Positions 56,065-64,000 of a stretch of DNA of 64,000 bases are shown here, one piece after another. The notes beneath the pieces were generated by a model. That model worked only from the letters and a program-made list of their open reading frames with translations, made no database searches and was not told where the DNA came from. Positions within the stretch are counted from its first letter, which is position 1. Every line of letters starts with the position of its first letter. The translations under genes were made by a program, and so were the position numbers. The stretch covers positions 1,293,910 through 1,357,909 of the forward strand of contig JAHPZH010000002.1 in NCBI GenBank assembly GCA_019058315.1, in the 5' to 3' direction. Source of the stretch: Candidatus Helarchaeota archaeon. Its GTDB lineage: Archaea > Asgardarchaeota > Lokiarchaeia > Helarchaeales > RDOG01.

Positions 56065-56937
56065 TCACAAAATTTCAGTCAGATCATATTTTTCTAAACC
56101 TAACTTACCCTCAAAAGTAGCTGCAGTAATTTTTAGAACTCCTTTCATATCTTTAATTTCCTCTATACCACGATTTAGAGCTTGAAAGAGAGTCATAACA
56201 TCAATACTATCAACAACAATTTGATAACCTGCCGTTTCTGGTAACATTTCAGTATCTTTAACTTTTTTCTGCAAGTCGGGACAGAATCTATGGTCAAATG
56301 TTCCCTTTTTTTTCATAAAATCATAATTAAGAGAGTCTAATTTAATTATAAATTTAGTCATTCCACCCGAAAAAGGACAAATTACGCCCTCTGTATCTTG
56401 AATCACCTCAGTGAATTCCATTCCTGCCTTTAATGCAACATCCTTCTTTCCAATTATAATTATATTAGTGCTTACTCCTTCAATAATGCCAAATGTTGAT
56501 TCTAAAAGCATATTTCCTTCCATTGTCGGGAGACTCCAGACTTCACGATCCTTAAAATTGCCTTTTTTTTGGAATCCATCACCAAATAAACTAATTGCTT
56601 TTCCAATTTCTAATTTTTTCACATTTGGATCTTCAATCATCGCATCATAAACAGATATAGTAGGACAAGGAAGGAGGTTTTGGAAGATTCTTCTAGCTAG
56701 TTCTTGTTCTAATAATTTTTTATTAGGTGCACAAATCATCATTATTACTCCTGGTCGATTGTCAATTGTGTTTTCTGATCGAATATCTACTCCCGCTTCA
56801 ACTCCTTTCTTATTTCCAAATCCAGAGGCTGCCCGAGCCCCTGTCAAAGCCCATTCTTGAGATATTGCAGTAATAAGTATTCTGGATATCCAAAGAGGGT
56901 ACAATTCCCCTTTTCCTTCAATTTTTATTTCACTCAT
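56065..56937 (-). CDS. Divergent Ftr paralog lacking key conserved residues
   Basis: SRILITA, EAGVD, DNRPG, LPCPT..YD, FGDGF, PTMEG, GKLG retained; SGSK and E-IVxNG motifs altered. Confidence 0.8.
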   Translation of the reverse strand: MSEIKIEGKGELYPLWISRILITAISQEWALTGARAASGFGNKKGVEAGVDIRSENTIDNRPGVIMMICAPNKKLLEQELARRIFQNLLPCPTISVYDAMIEDPNVKKLEIGKAISLFGDGFQKKGNFKDREVWSLPTMEGNMLLESTFGIIEGVSTNIIIIGKKDVALKAGMEFTEVIQDTEGVICPFSGGMTKFIIKLDSLNYDFMKKKGTFDHRFCPDLQKKVKDTEMLPETAGYQIVVDSIDVMTLFQALNRGIEEIKDMKGVLKITAATFEGKLGLEKYDLTEIL

Positions 56938-56973
56938 TAAATAACTCCAAAAAATTTTTAAAAAATGAAAAAA

Positions 56974-57927
56974 TTAAAGCCCTAAGACTTCTTTTAGATG
57001 GATATTATGCTTACCAAGTTTTCCCCCATAGTTACCTGCTGAGATCTTTTTAATTCCAGGAACTTTAACAGCCGCTTTGATACCTGCTGCCGTAGCCTCC
57101 TTTAATAAATCTAAACTCAGACCATTAAATACTAGCTCTAGAACGCAGTTAACATCAGAAGGTACACTTGAGCCCTCTACTTCGCCTTTTAGTGTAGGAC
57201 AGAACAAGTGATTAGTGGAGGCGTGCAAGAATTTTGAATATTTTAAAGAACCAGTTTTTGATCCTGAACGACAAACTCCTCCTGGAAAGCTTGCTATTAC
57301 TCCTTTTATTTTAATCATTTCATCTGCTGCAGCTTTAGCCGCTTTAAGCGTATTTCCGGCATTATCACCCATTATAAAGAAATTTCCGCCTGCAATTCCC
57401 TTTTTGGCTTTGAACTTTTCTTCAATAATAAACTCACCCTCCATGACTGGGATTTTCCAGATTGTCCTTCCAGCTAATGTGTCTTTCTTTTCAAAACCAT
57501 CTCCAAAGTAACGCAACATTCCACCCGTATTAAAAACAGCAGGTGCTGGCACCTTAGTTCCATCTTTTTGTTTCTTTTGATATATGTCAGCTTCCATTCC
57601 GAGCCAATCAAAAGCAGCTGAAGTTGGTGCGGTGAGTACACATTGACCCATCCTATTCATTAAGGCTTTTCCTAAATTAGCTCTTTTAGAACAAAGCATC
57701 ACAGCAATACCGGGTCTACCATCTGGTGTGTCAGACTTTGGAACAATAGAGTCAAATCCTGCTTCACAATCGCAAGCAATTGTACTAACTGCGAAACCAC
57801 TAAAAGTTGATGCAATTATTACAGCCCAATCTTCATCAATGGCAGTTATTAATGGTCTTACACACCATATATCAAAAGCCTCTGCATAAGTATCATCTAT
57901 ATCTACTCCATTTAATTGTAATACCAA
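56974..57927 (-). CDS. ftr: Formylmethanofuran:tetrahydromethanopterin formyltransferase (TTG start at 57927)
   Basis: NGVDIDDTYAEAF, TPDGRPG, QCVLTAPT, GIAGGNF, SGSK, SAGNYGGKLG; GGAG upstream of TTG. Confidence 0.96.
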   Translation of the reverse strand: MVLQLNGVDIDDTYAEAFDIWCVRPLITAIDEDWAVIIASTFSGFAVSTIACDCEAGFDSIVPKSDTPDGRPGIAVMLCSKRANLGKALMNRMGQCVLTAPTSAAFDWLGMEADIYQKKQKDGTKVPAPAVFNTGGMLRYFGDGFEKKDTLAGRTIWKIPVMEGEFIIEEKFKAKKGIAGGNFFIMGDNAGNTLKAAKAAADEMIKIKGVIASFPGGVCRSGSKTGSLKYSKFLHASTNHLFCPTLKGEVEGSSVPSDVNCVLELVFNGLSLDLLKEATAAGIKAAVKVPGIKKISAGNYGGKLGKHNIHLKEVLGL

Positions 57928-58045
57928 AATATCAACTCCAAAGTAAGTAAATCGATTACTATTTCTCAATTATTTTTTAATATCTATTTTTTTAATTACA
58001 AATATAAATTATTAGTAAAATTGATTATTATAAAAAGGTGTATTA

Positions 58046-58579
58046 ATGAGAAATAGAACTCGTGTTCTTTGCTTTATTCCATTAATTCTTTTAATTAGTT
58101 TTGGAGTTTGGAATTATTATTATGGTTGGCGTCCTCCAGAATTTTCTCCTGACTTATTTCATACTGTAAGTCCAGACTTAATAACTATAAAAAAGCCTGG
58201 ATCGTATGAAATTTTTCACAATCTAATTATCAATGGTCGTATTATTTTTATGGAGTTTATAGAAGGGAAGGTACAATTATATCTTCAAGGAATAATTCCT
58301 TTAAGAGTAAATTGCTGTTTTCCACAAGCTCTTGAATATAGAATTGGAGATGACGTTTATCTCAAAGGTTGGTCATATTTTTATTTCAATACTAGTTTGG
58401 GTTTAAATTCAGACATATTGGATGGCTATTTCTTAGCGATTGAAGGACATAGGCTTATTTCTTATAAAGTTCCAATTTCATTTATCGGTTTAGCTTTAGT
58501 TTTGTTAGTCTTATTCACATTATTCAAAATGAAACGAGATCTTAGCTTTGAAAGGAGAGGAGGTGGAAACATTGCCTGA
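58046..58579 (+). CDS. Membrane protein with a probable extracytoplasmic OB-fold
   Basis: TM at both ends; RIGDDVYLKG OB-like strand. Confidence 0.6.
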   Translation: MRNRTRVLCFIPLILLISFGVWNYYYGWRPPEFSPDLFHTVSPDLITIKKPGSYEIFHNLIINGRIIFMEFIEGKVQLYLQGIIPLRVNCCFPQALEYRIGDDVYLKGWSYFYFNTSLGLNSDILDGYFLAIEGHRLISYKVPISFIGLALVLLVLFTLFKMKRDLSFERRGGGNIA

Positions 58580-59150
58580 TTGGTTGACTCATATTGGTGT
58601 TGCATATTTAATCATTTGGTTAATAAGTAAAATTGATAAATACGATTCAAAATGCAGAGCATATTATATTTTCTTTTTTATCGGAAGTGTAATGCCAGAT
58701 CTCGAACGGATTTTAGCCTTAACAGCGGAATTATTTCAGAATTACCAACTGAAAGAGTTTTTTATAGTCGTGTTTACTACGAGTTTTCATACAATTTTAG
58801 GAGTTATTTGTGTTTCACTAGCTATGACCTCTTTTTTCCCCAATGAAAACCATAAATTGGTTTATTTATCATTTTTATTAGGTGGATTATTACATTTATT
58901 ACTAGATGGTATGATGTGGCCTTGGTCTGGTATGGGTTTGTTCTTATTCTTTCCCTTTTTAACAGGTCCAAGAGGTGCTTTTTCGTTTCATTTAGCCTGG
59001 CCTGAAAGTCTGGTTCCCTTAATTATTACATCTATTGCGGTGGGGCTGACATTAATTATTGATTTAATTCAAAAAAAATCATTAATTTCTTTAACTCCTA
59101 TTAAAAATCTATTTCAAAATAATAAAATGCTTAAAAAATCAGCGGAATGA
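58548..59150 (+). CDS. Metal-dependent hydrolase, YdjM-like membrane protein (likely TTG start at 58572)
   Basis: PDWLTH, GSVMPD, FHT, LHLLLD motifs. Confidence 0.8.
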   Translation: MKGEEVETLPDWLTHIGVAYLIIWLISKIDKYDSKCRAYYIFFFIGSVMPDLERILALTAELFQNYQLKEFFIVVFTTSFHTILGVICVSLAMTSFFPNENHKLVYLSFLLGGLLHLLLDGMMWPWSGMGLFLFFPFLTGPRGAFSFHLAWPESLVPLIITSIAVGLTLIIDLIQKKSLISLTPIKNLFQNNKMLKKSAE

Positions 59151-59154
59151 CAAA

Positions 59155-59781
59155 ATGAAAAAATCTCCTTCAAAGTTAGCGGAAGAATTCTATGATAAAA
59201 TTGTAAATCTTCATCATGAAGAATTTAATTATGATTTAATTCAGTATAAAAAATGGTTAGATTTGCTAATATCTATGATGAATAAGGGAAGTAAAATCCT
59301 TGATCTAGGTTGCGGAAATGGTAGGGCAGTAAAATATTTTATTGATAGAGGATATAAGGGAGTGGGTATTGATCTATCTGATGAAATGTTGAAACTAGCT
59401 AGAGCAAATGTGAAAAATGGAGAATTTTATAAGAAAGATTTTACAAAACTCGATTTTGGAAATGAATCCTTTGATTCAATTATCTCATTTTTCGCATTAA
59501 ATCATATCGAGAAAGCAACATTTAAACAAATAATGGCAGAATGCAAAAGAATATTAAAAAAAGATGGTTTTCTACTGCTTGGCATGGTTAGAGGTTCATC
59601 TGAAGGATATTGGGTCGGATTTTATGGACAGAATATGCAACTTTATGGTGCGGGTTATACAAAAAAAGAGCTCTCTGACATATTAAACTCAGAGGGTTAT
59701 AAAATTCTCAAATCTGAGATAGAACATTTTAAGGGGAAATATTTTGAAGAGGATCAAATCTTTCTTTTAGGAAAAAAATAA
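59155..59781 (+). CDS. Class I SAM-dependent methyltransferase
   Basis: ILDLGCGNG, GIDLS, SFDSI, LKKDG. Confidence 0.92.
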   Translation: MKKSPSKLAEEFYDKIVNLHHEEFNYDLIQYKKWLDLLISMMNKGSKILDLGCGNGRAVKYFIDRGYKGVGIDLSDEMLKLARANVKNGEFYKKDFTKLDFGNESFDSIISFFALNHIEKATFKQIMAECKRILKKDGFLLLGMVRGSSEGYWVGFYGQNMQLYGAGYTKKELSDILNSEGYKILKSEIEHFKGKYFEEDQIFLLGKK

Positions 59782-59802
59782 AAAGAATCTAAAAAATTAG
59801 AG

Positions 59803-60873
59803 CTATGGTAGGCTCATATCCGAATTATCTTCATCATCTTTTACTATTTCTAATTCAATATCTTCAGGAACATCTTCCTTTTTTTCAGGTTCCTTCTTTT
59901 CAATTGATTCAGTGATCTTTTTAGGTTCTGGCTTTTTTAATTTCTCTTTTGCTATTAATTCCATCACTTCTTTCTTTGCATTTTCTTCTGCATCAATATA
60001 TTTTTGTAGAGCCTCCATTTTTTGTGTATACTCAATTTTTCTGATGGAATATAATTTATTTATAGTTGGAAATTTTTGTAATTTATCTGTTGTTTCAATA
60101 GATTTCTCACAATTTTTAATGGCTTGTTTAAAATCATTTTTCCTGATAGCTTTTTCAATTCTATCAACATAATTACGTAAATCGTTTTCTAACTTCGGCA
60201 CAGTCTTTAATTCTGCAGCTTTACCTTTAAATTGACTCGATAGATCTGTTTCCCCTATTTCATCAAGCAATGCTGCAGCTTTTTCATAATTTTCTGCAGC
60301 CACTACATGGTTTTTCTCATCTAATAATTTTTCAGCAGCAATTAATATTGATGATAATTTACCTGGTATTTCCCCTGCTTTAGCTAATAATTTCTGTGCT
60401 GCTGCAAATTCACCCTTATCTAATAAAATTTTTGCTTTATTACTAATCTTTTCTTTAATTTTTTCTTCTGAGTAAACAAATTTCCTAGCGGATATCATTT
60501 CATCATAAGTAGTTTTTACGAGATCCCCAAGATAAGGATTGTTTAATTCACCTCTGATATCCTTTTCTACTTTTCTTAAAAAAGGGAAGAATTCTTTGCT
60601 TGATTCCTCAGGGTTCAAAATTAACAATATCATTACTCTTCGGAGGACATCCTTCTCTTTAAATTGAAAAAAATGAGATGCGATATTAGTTCCCTCTAAT
60701 TGAAATGAAATATCTGTTTCTGGAGGAACCTTTCCTGAATGAATCATAAAAGTTTGCATAGATAGGTCAGATAGTGAAGATTTAAAATCGAAATCTGGAT
60801 ATTTTGTTTTAACAATTGGTCCTTTTAGTTGATCCCAATCAACTATAAAAATTCCTAAAGGCATTTTACCCAC
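59803..60873 (-). CDS. Longin/uDENN-like domain plus TPR/SNAP-like helical region and acidic tail
   Basis: GIFIVDWDQLKGPIVKTKYP start; AAENYEKAAALL repeats. Confidence 0.7.
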   Translation of the reverse strand: MGKMPLGIFIVDWDQLKGPIVKTKYPDFDFKSSLSDLSMQTFMIHSGKVPPETDISFQLEGTNIASHFFQFKEKDVLRRVMILLILNPEESSKEFFPFLRKVEKDIRGELNNPYLGDLVKTTYDEMISARKFVYSEEKIKEKISNKAKILLDKGEFAAAQKLLAKAGEIPGKLSSILIAAEKLLDEKNHVVAAENYEKAAALLDEIGETDLSSQFKGKAAELKTVPKLENDLRNYVDRIEKAIRKNDFKQAIKNCEKSIETTDKLQKFPTINKLYSIRKIEYTQKMEALQKYIDAEENAKKEVMELIAKEKLKKPEPKKITESIEKKEPEKKEDVPEDIELEIVKDDEDNSDMSLP

Positions 60874-61417
60874 CCACCTTATTTAATATTTTTCGTGCCA
60901 TTTTTTCAAAAATCTTATTAATATTTTCTCCAGTTTTTGCTGAAGTTTCTTCAAAATCTATGTTCATGTCTTTTGCAAGTTTTTCTCCATCTTTTCTTGA
61001 GATTTCTCTTTGATCTTGTAAATCTATTTTATTTCCGATTAAAAATCCTGTAAATTCTTTTTCTTTTTTAAATGAATTAGACTTTTTCAAATCTTTAAAC
61101 CATTTTGCAGTCTTGTTAAATGAATCTTCGCTTGTTATATCATAAACTAAAAAAAATCCAATAGCTCCTTCAAAGAATATCTTTCTTACTTTCATGAACT
61201 TCGACTGTCCAGCTATATCCCATATGTAAAGATCAACAGTCTTCCCAATATCACCAGAGTCATCGGCAAAAGCCAGCTCCTTCTTACTAACCTGACAACC
61301 AACTGTAGGAATATATAATTCTCGGAATTTCTTTTCCGTATAATTCAACATAAGGGTAGTTTTGCCTACAGCTGGTTCTCCAACCACGACTATCTTCCAC
61401 TTGTAATCAACAGACAT
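60866..61417 (-). CDS. Rab-like small GTPase
   Basis: GEPAVGKT, YIPTVG, WDIAGQ, NKID, TSAK; no C-terminal Cys prenylation motif. Confidence 0.95.
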   Translation of the reverse strand: MSVDYKWKIVVVGEPAVGKTTLMLNYTEKKFRELYIPTVGCQVSKKELAFADDSGDIGKTVDLYIWDIAGQSKFMKVRKIFFEGAIGFFLVYDITSEDSFNKTAKWFKDLKKSNSFKKEKEFTGFLIGNKIDLQDQREISRKDGEKLAKDMNIDFEETSAKTGENINKIFEKMARKILNKVGG

Positions 61418-61515
61418 AGATTTTCGCTTTTTTGAAAACTTACATTTCTGTTAAAGTATTATAAAATAGAATATATAATGAGACATAAATTTATCTTTTT
61501 CTTAATTTTTTCATT

Positions 61516-61785
61516 CTATTTGATCTTTTTTTTATCTATCGGATTAAGATTGATTTTTATTGTTTTATTTCTAGATTTTAAGCCTTGGATAATCTTTATT
61601 TGGTTTTGCTGTACCTTAAAATGATCAGCAATTAACTTGATTAATTCTTTATTAGCTTTTCCCCTTTCAGGTCTTGATTTTACCCATATTTCGAACAATT
61701 TATCAGAAATTTCTTGAATTTTTTGTTGTTTTGAATTGGGTTTTACTTTTACCTCTATTATTTTTTCCATTTTTAATGTCTCCAT
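61516..61785 (-). CDS. DUF167 (YggU/UPF0235) family protein
   Basis: VKVKPNSK, PERGKAN.ELI, GLKSRNK. Confidence 0.9.
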   Translation of the reverse strand: METLKMEKIIEVKVKPNSKQQKIQEISDKLFEIWVKSRPERGKANKELIKLIADHFKVQQNQIKIIQGLKSRNKTIKINLNPIDKKKIK

Positions 61786-61807
61786 CGAAATTGAATTATA
61801 ATATTAC

Positions 61808-63157
61808 TTATTCTTTCTCAACTCTTCTTTTTAATTCCTCTTGAATTCTTTCAATATTTGGAATAATTGATTTCCTCATAGAGAGTAAGAAGAGAAAAGC
61901 GGATGGAAAACAGATTAACATAAAAAGAAAATAAGTTCCAGAATAATTTAATGGTGTGTAAAGAGCAAGTATTGTAAATATCGGTATAAATATGGCAGTT
62001 GCAGCGGTATTAGCTAATAACATTATGGAGTTTGTTGTTGCCCTTACTTCTGGAAAATTAACATCTGCCACAATAACACCGGTATTGGGGTGTGTGCCAA
62101 TGATAAAAAAGGAGCCAGTTGCTAATACAATTGCAAAAATATAAAATAATATAACACCTGCTGGATAATTAAATGTAAATGGTATTAAAAATGCAGGAAT
62201 TATAAAACACATACCTATTCCTAATATTTTTATCATCACTTTCAATCGCCCATCTTTTGTTTCACGAAATTTTCTATCTGCCACATTTCCCCAATATATT
62301 TGACCCACTAATTGGATTCCAAATATTGAAAACATCATTAATGTTGCTAGTCCTGTTTGAACTCCATGTTGAACATTTAGAAATAAAATAAAGAGTTTTC
62401 CAAGAGTAGAATTAACAATAATTAGTAGAAAGTAAAAAGAAAATAATTTTAGATTTATTGGCCTTCTAAAAAAATCTAATGTACCATCTAGAGTAAGGGT
62501 ATAATCATAAGTTTCTCCTCGCTTACGCAATTCTTCTAATCCTTCATCTTGTGCACCTCTTTCTGGTTCCTTTAACGTTAATGTTAATCCACAATAAAAA
62601 AGACCTGCGAAAAAGTCAAATAAATATGGAAATTCTAATGGGAAATTACTTCCATATATTAAAGAGGGAATTATTCCTGATACGGTCATTCCTAATCCTA
62701 TAGCAGCAGTACCAGCAATACCCATCCATCCCATGACACCTCCTCTATCTTTAGAAGGAACAAAATCTACTAATAGAGTAAAAACTGCTGGACCCAAAGC
62801 AGTATTTATAACGACTGCTAGAAATCTCATTAGTCCAAATAGCCAAAATTCAGTCCGTAAAGAAATTGTGAAGACTGTAAGGAGACTAACTATCGATCCA
62901 GATAATATCATTAAAAAAATTAAACGGACTCTATTAACTTTATCTGCAATAGCTCCCCATAAAGGTAAAAAAACAGCTCCCGCAATCGCCATTATAGAAA
63001 TTAAAAACGCTATTGAGAGTTGATTGACCCCAAAAACTTCTCCCATTTTTAATAATAATGGAGCATCGAATCCTGCATCTGTAGTCATTATTACGCTTAG
63101 AAAAATGAAATATAATAAATGATGCAAGGTAAAGATAGGTTTTTTTGAGTTTTCCAT
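61808..63157 (-). CDS. MFS transporter
   Basis: ~12 TM; GAIADKVNR motif A; DFVPSKDRG; LKEPERG. Confidence 0.9.
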   Translation of the reverse strand: MENSKKPIFTLHHLLYFIFLSVIMTTDAGFDAPLLLKMGEVFGVNQLSIAFLISIMAIAGAVFLPLWGAIADKVNRVRLIFLMILSGSIVSLLTVFTISLRTEFWLFGLMRFLAVVINTALGPAVFTLLVDFVPSKDRGGVMGWMGIAGTAAIGLGMTVSGIIPSLIYGSNFPLEFPYLFDFFAGLFYCGLTLTLKEPERGAQDEGLEELRKRGETYDYTLTLDGTLDFFRRPINLKLFSFYFLLIIVNSTLGKLFILFLNVQHGVQTGLATLMMFSIFGIQLVGQIYWGNVADRKFRETKDGRLKVMIKILGIGMCFIIPAFLIPFTFNYPAGVILFYIFAIVLATGSFFIIGTHPNTGVIVADVNFPEVRATTNSIMLLANTAATAIFIPIFTILALYTPLNYSGTYFLFMLICFPSAFLFLLSMRKSIIPNIERIQEELKRRVEKE

Positions 63158-63289
63158 CTAAATCAGAATTTATTTTAAATCTATAATAATTTGTAATGCA
63201 AAATTGATATAATTAATATTAATCGTATATTTAATAACAACTTAAAATTGAAATTATTCAAATAACCAGATTTCTGTAGGTTATCTTTT

Positions 63290-63832
63290 ATGACGAAAGA
63301 TAAAAAAGACTATAAGAAATTACTTAAAGCAGCCTTTGATGATAAAGTAAATCATGTAGTTTATTTATTAAAATTTCTGGATTCAAAAGGGGGTCCAGAT
63401 TTAATTAGAGAATATTATGCTGAAGCCATTCCAAATTTTGTTAAAAAATATTCTGCACCTGGAGAGACAATTAAAAAACTCTATAAATTTTGGCTTAGAA
63501 GAAATCCTGTTGATAATTTAAAAAAAGTAATTGACTCAATTCGGGAGGGCAGCGAATTTTATCTACCTCTTGAAAATTTTAGAATTTCGCAGGAAGATGA
63601 GGGAAATGAACTAGTCTCAGATATCAAATGCAAATATCTAAAAAATATCACAAAACAAGCAAAAAAATTTCAGTGTAATTTCGATACACGAGAATATTAC
63701 TGTAAAAACGCTTGTATTCCATTACTTAACATATTATATTCCGAACTTTTTTTAGATTTGAGAGTAGAATTAACTAAAAAAGGATGTATACAAAAAGTTA
63801 GAATAAATTTGGAATTACTAAATAAAGAATAG
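63290..63832 (+). CDS. Hypothetical protein (possible V4R/ATC-hydrolase-like fold)
   Basis: C-Y...C..AC...GC cysteine pattern. Confidence 0.55.
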   Translation: MTKDKKDYKKLLKAAFDDKVNHVVYLLKFLDSKGGPDLIREYYAEAIPNFVKKYSAPGETIKKLYKFWLRRNPVDNLKKVIDSIREGSEFYLPLENFRISQEDEGNELVSDIKCKYLKNITKQAKKFQCNFDTREYYCKNACIPLLNILYSELFLDLRVELTKKGCIQKVRINLELLNKE

Positions 63833-63904
63833 AATAATATAAGATATAAAAATTTGTCAATAATAAGGTTAAATTAATTTAAAAAAGAAAAAAGAGATTT
63901 AAAA

Positions 63905-64000
63905 TTAATCTACGTATTGGTTGACTTTTCTAATCTGATTTTCAGCTTCATCCATTATCTTTTTAATAACTTCTGCAACGGTAGGTAAACTATAGACTCC
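63905..64000 (-). CDS. C-terminal fragment, probably nitronate monooxygenase/FabK family
   Basis: Manual translation GVYSLPTVAEVIKKIMDEAENQIRKVNQYVD*. Confidence 0.5.
   Translation of the reverse strand, partial: GVYSLPTVAEVIKKIMDEAENQIRKVNQYVD

Noticed and set aside
57928-57969. N-terminal extension of Ftr given in the ORF track
   Set aside because: A GGAG site precedes TTG at 57927, which matches the canonical Ftr start
731-63023. Many short antisense or overlapping ORFs in the track (e.g. 731-1045, 5610-5894, 17131-17715, 34438-34836, 45297-45659, 57215-57511)
   Set aside because: Shadow frames of well-supported genes, with no recognisable motifs

Overview
Very AT-rich archaeal chromosomal window, almost certainly from an Asgard archaeon (Lokiarchaeia/Helarchaeales-like). 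This is inferred from CarS, the archaeal cdhABCDE operon, Ftr, and many eukaryote-like proteins (Rab- and Rag-type GTPases, longin-like domains). The window holds: a tandem array of five stand-alone 7-TM proteins (0.4-4.6 kb); the ACDS/CODH-ACS operon with an extra micro-ORF (4.8-12.3 kb); a TMEM62-like metallophosphoesterase operon; two membrane-anchored 8-repeat beta-propeller proteins; a tail-anchored IFT52/GIFT-like protein; and housekeeping or metabolic genes (iaaA, acdA, carS, nadB, crotonase, LLM, SDR, two ftr copies). The most striking region is a divergent cluster at about 26.0-44.7 kb that reads like a membrane coat/adaptor system. It encodes a 720-aa protein with a mu-adaptin/delta-COP-like mu-homology domain, a Rag-like GTPase with a long duplicated helical N-terminus, a long coiled coil, a 1.9-kaa membrane protein with two surface modules and a cytoplasmic repeat stalk, a TPR protein and a longin-winged-helix protein. 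Three of its proteins share the same ~150-aa 'FGYICSGE' beta-sandwich domain. No rRNA, tRNA, CRISPR array or mobile element was recognised. All family assignments come from motif recognition by eye and need HMM or structure confirmation.
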